Of a stretch of 64,000 nt of DNA, positions 62,956 through 64,000 are shown piece by piece. The notes beneath the pieces are model-generated. The model ran no database searches. It saw only the letters and a program-made list of their open reading frames with translations, and was not told the DNA's origin. This DNA comes from Eledone cirrhosa (lineage: Eukaryota). Made by a program: the position numbers and the translations under genes. Position 1 is the first letter of the stretch. Each line of letters starts with the position of its first letter. Location of the stretch: the NCBI GenBank assembly GCA_964016885.1, contig CAXHJY010000898.1, forward strand, positions 473,189 through 537,188. Reading direction: 5' to 3'.

Positions 62956-64000
62956 TAGCTTAGCTTAGCTTAGGATAGCTTAGCTTAGCTTAGCTTAGGA
63001 TAGCTTAGCTTAGCTTAGCTTAGGATAGCTTAGCTTAGCTTAGGATAGCTTAGCTTAGCTTAGGATAGCTTAGCTTAGCTTAGCTTAGGATAGCTTAGCT
63101 TAGCTTAGCTTAGGATAGCTTAGCTTAGCTTAGCTTAGGATAGCTTAGCTTAGCTTAGGATAGCTTAGCTTAGCTTAGCTTAGGATAGCTTAGCTTAGCT
63201 TAGCTTAGGATAGCTTAGCTTAGCTTAGCTTAGGATAGATTAGCTTAGCTTAGGATAGCTTAGCTTAGCTTAGCTTAGGAAAGCTTAGCTTAGCTTAGGA
63301 TAGCTTAGCTTAGCTTAGCTTAGGATAGCTTAGGATAGCTTAGCTTAGGATAGCTTAGGATAGCTTAGCTTAGGATAGCTTAGGATAGCTTAGGTTAGGA
63401 TAGCTTAGCTTAGGATAGCTTAGGATAGCTTAGCTTAGGATAGCTTAGGATAGCTTAGCTTAGGATAGCTTAGGATAGCTTAGCTTAGGATAGCTTAGGA
63501 AAGCTTAGCTTAGCTTAGCTTAGGATAGCTTAGCTTAGCTTAGCTTAGGATAGCTTAGCTTAGCTTAGCTTAGGATAGCTTAGGATAGCTTAGCTTAGGA
63601 TAGCTTAGGATAGCTTAGCTTAGGATAGCTTAGCTTAGGATAGCTTAGCTTAGGATAGCTTAGGATAGCTTAGCTTAGGATAGCTTAGGATAGCTTAGCT
63701 TAGGATAGCTTAGCTTAGGATAGCTTAGGATAGCTTAGCTTAGCTTAGCTTAGGATAGCTTAGCTTAGCTTAGCTTAGGATAGCTTAGCTTAGCTTAGCT
63801 TAGCTTAGCTTAGCTTAGGATAGCTTAGGATAGCTTAGCTTAGGATAGCTTAGGATAGCTTAGCTTAGGATAGCTTAGCTTAGGATAGCTTAGCTTAGCT
63901 TAGCTTAGGATAGCTTAGCTTAGGATAGCTTAGGATAGCTTAGCTTAGGATAGCTTAGCTTAGGATAGCTTAGGATAGCTCAGCTTAGCTTAGCTTAGGA
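62956..64000 (+). repeat. Start of a third super-repeat copy (C), truncated by the window end
   Basis: ATAGA 63235, AAAGC 63280 and TCAGC 63980 match 32141/32186/32886 (offset 31094) and 276/321/1026. Confidence 0.8.

Larger units (their letters stand above)
1..64000 (+). repeat. Compound pentanucleotide satellite array [TTAGG ATAGC (TTAGC)0-3]n, extending past both window edges
   Basis: Every line parses into 5-mers TTAGC/TTAGG/ATAGC plus rare single-base variants. No unique sequence and no switch to the GCTAA/CCTAA strand was seen. Strand '+' only denotes the TTAGC/TTAGG-reading strand. Confidence 0.99.

Noticed and set aside
1-64000. Protein-coding ORFs
   Set aside because: Nearly every pentamer contains TAG on the + strand, so each frame stops about every 15 nt. 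The - strand has TAA in GCTAA/CCTAA at nearly the same density, and ATG occurs only in a few variants.
1-64000. CRISPR array
   Set aside because: There are no unique spacers, leader or cas genes; the variable parts are only TTAGC copy number.
1-64000. Canonical telomerase-synthesised (TTAGG)n telomere, or TRAS/SART retroelement insertions
   Set aside because: TTAGG never exceeds two tandem copies, kb-scale blocks are copied with their SNPs, and no non-repeat sequence is inserted.
1-64000. Synthetic DNA data storage, an encoded message, or a sequencing artefact
   Set aside because: The run lengths look like a 0-3 code, but nested duplications with inherited point variants fit natural satellite evolution. 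Assembly error in copy number cannot be excluded without reads.
1-64000. GATA-factor sites, AGGA Shine-Dalgarno-like motifs and TTAG splice acceptors
   Set aside because: These short motifs follow trivially from the repeat unit, and there is no gene context.
1-64000. Assignment to a named satellite family or species
   Set aside because: I do not recognise this repeat with confidence. The penta/decanucleotide satellites I recall (Parascaris TTGCA, Drosophila AAGAG/AATAACATAG, human CATTC) differ in sequence, so a database search is needed.

Overview
The whole 64 kb is one uninterrupted, single-orientation pentamer satellite. It is built almost entirely from TTAGC, TTAGG and ATAGC in the grammar [TTAGG-ATAGC-(TTAGC)n], with n mostly 0-3 and about 40% GC. 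I found no gene, RNA gene, transposon, CRISPR array or unique sequence. Rare variant pentamers act as markers and reveal a nested hierarchy: 5-bp monomer, 25-bp module, a ~1.65-1.7 kb ancestral unit carrying an ordered marker cassette, local 0.96-2.5 kb tandem duplications, a ~4 kb segment recurring at ~15.7 kb, and a ~31-32 kb super-repeat (copy A ~1-31860, copy B ~31861-62955, copy C starting ~62956). Copy B lacks ~6.95 kb present in copy A but has a ~6.2 kb local expansion. The array looks like a telomere-motif-related, recombination-maintained eukaryotic satellite (centromeric, pericentromeric or subtelomeric). Organism and function cannot be determined from this window. All offsets were counted by hand from marker positions, and block boundaries are approximate.
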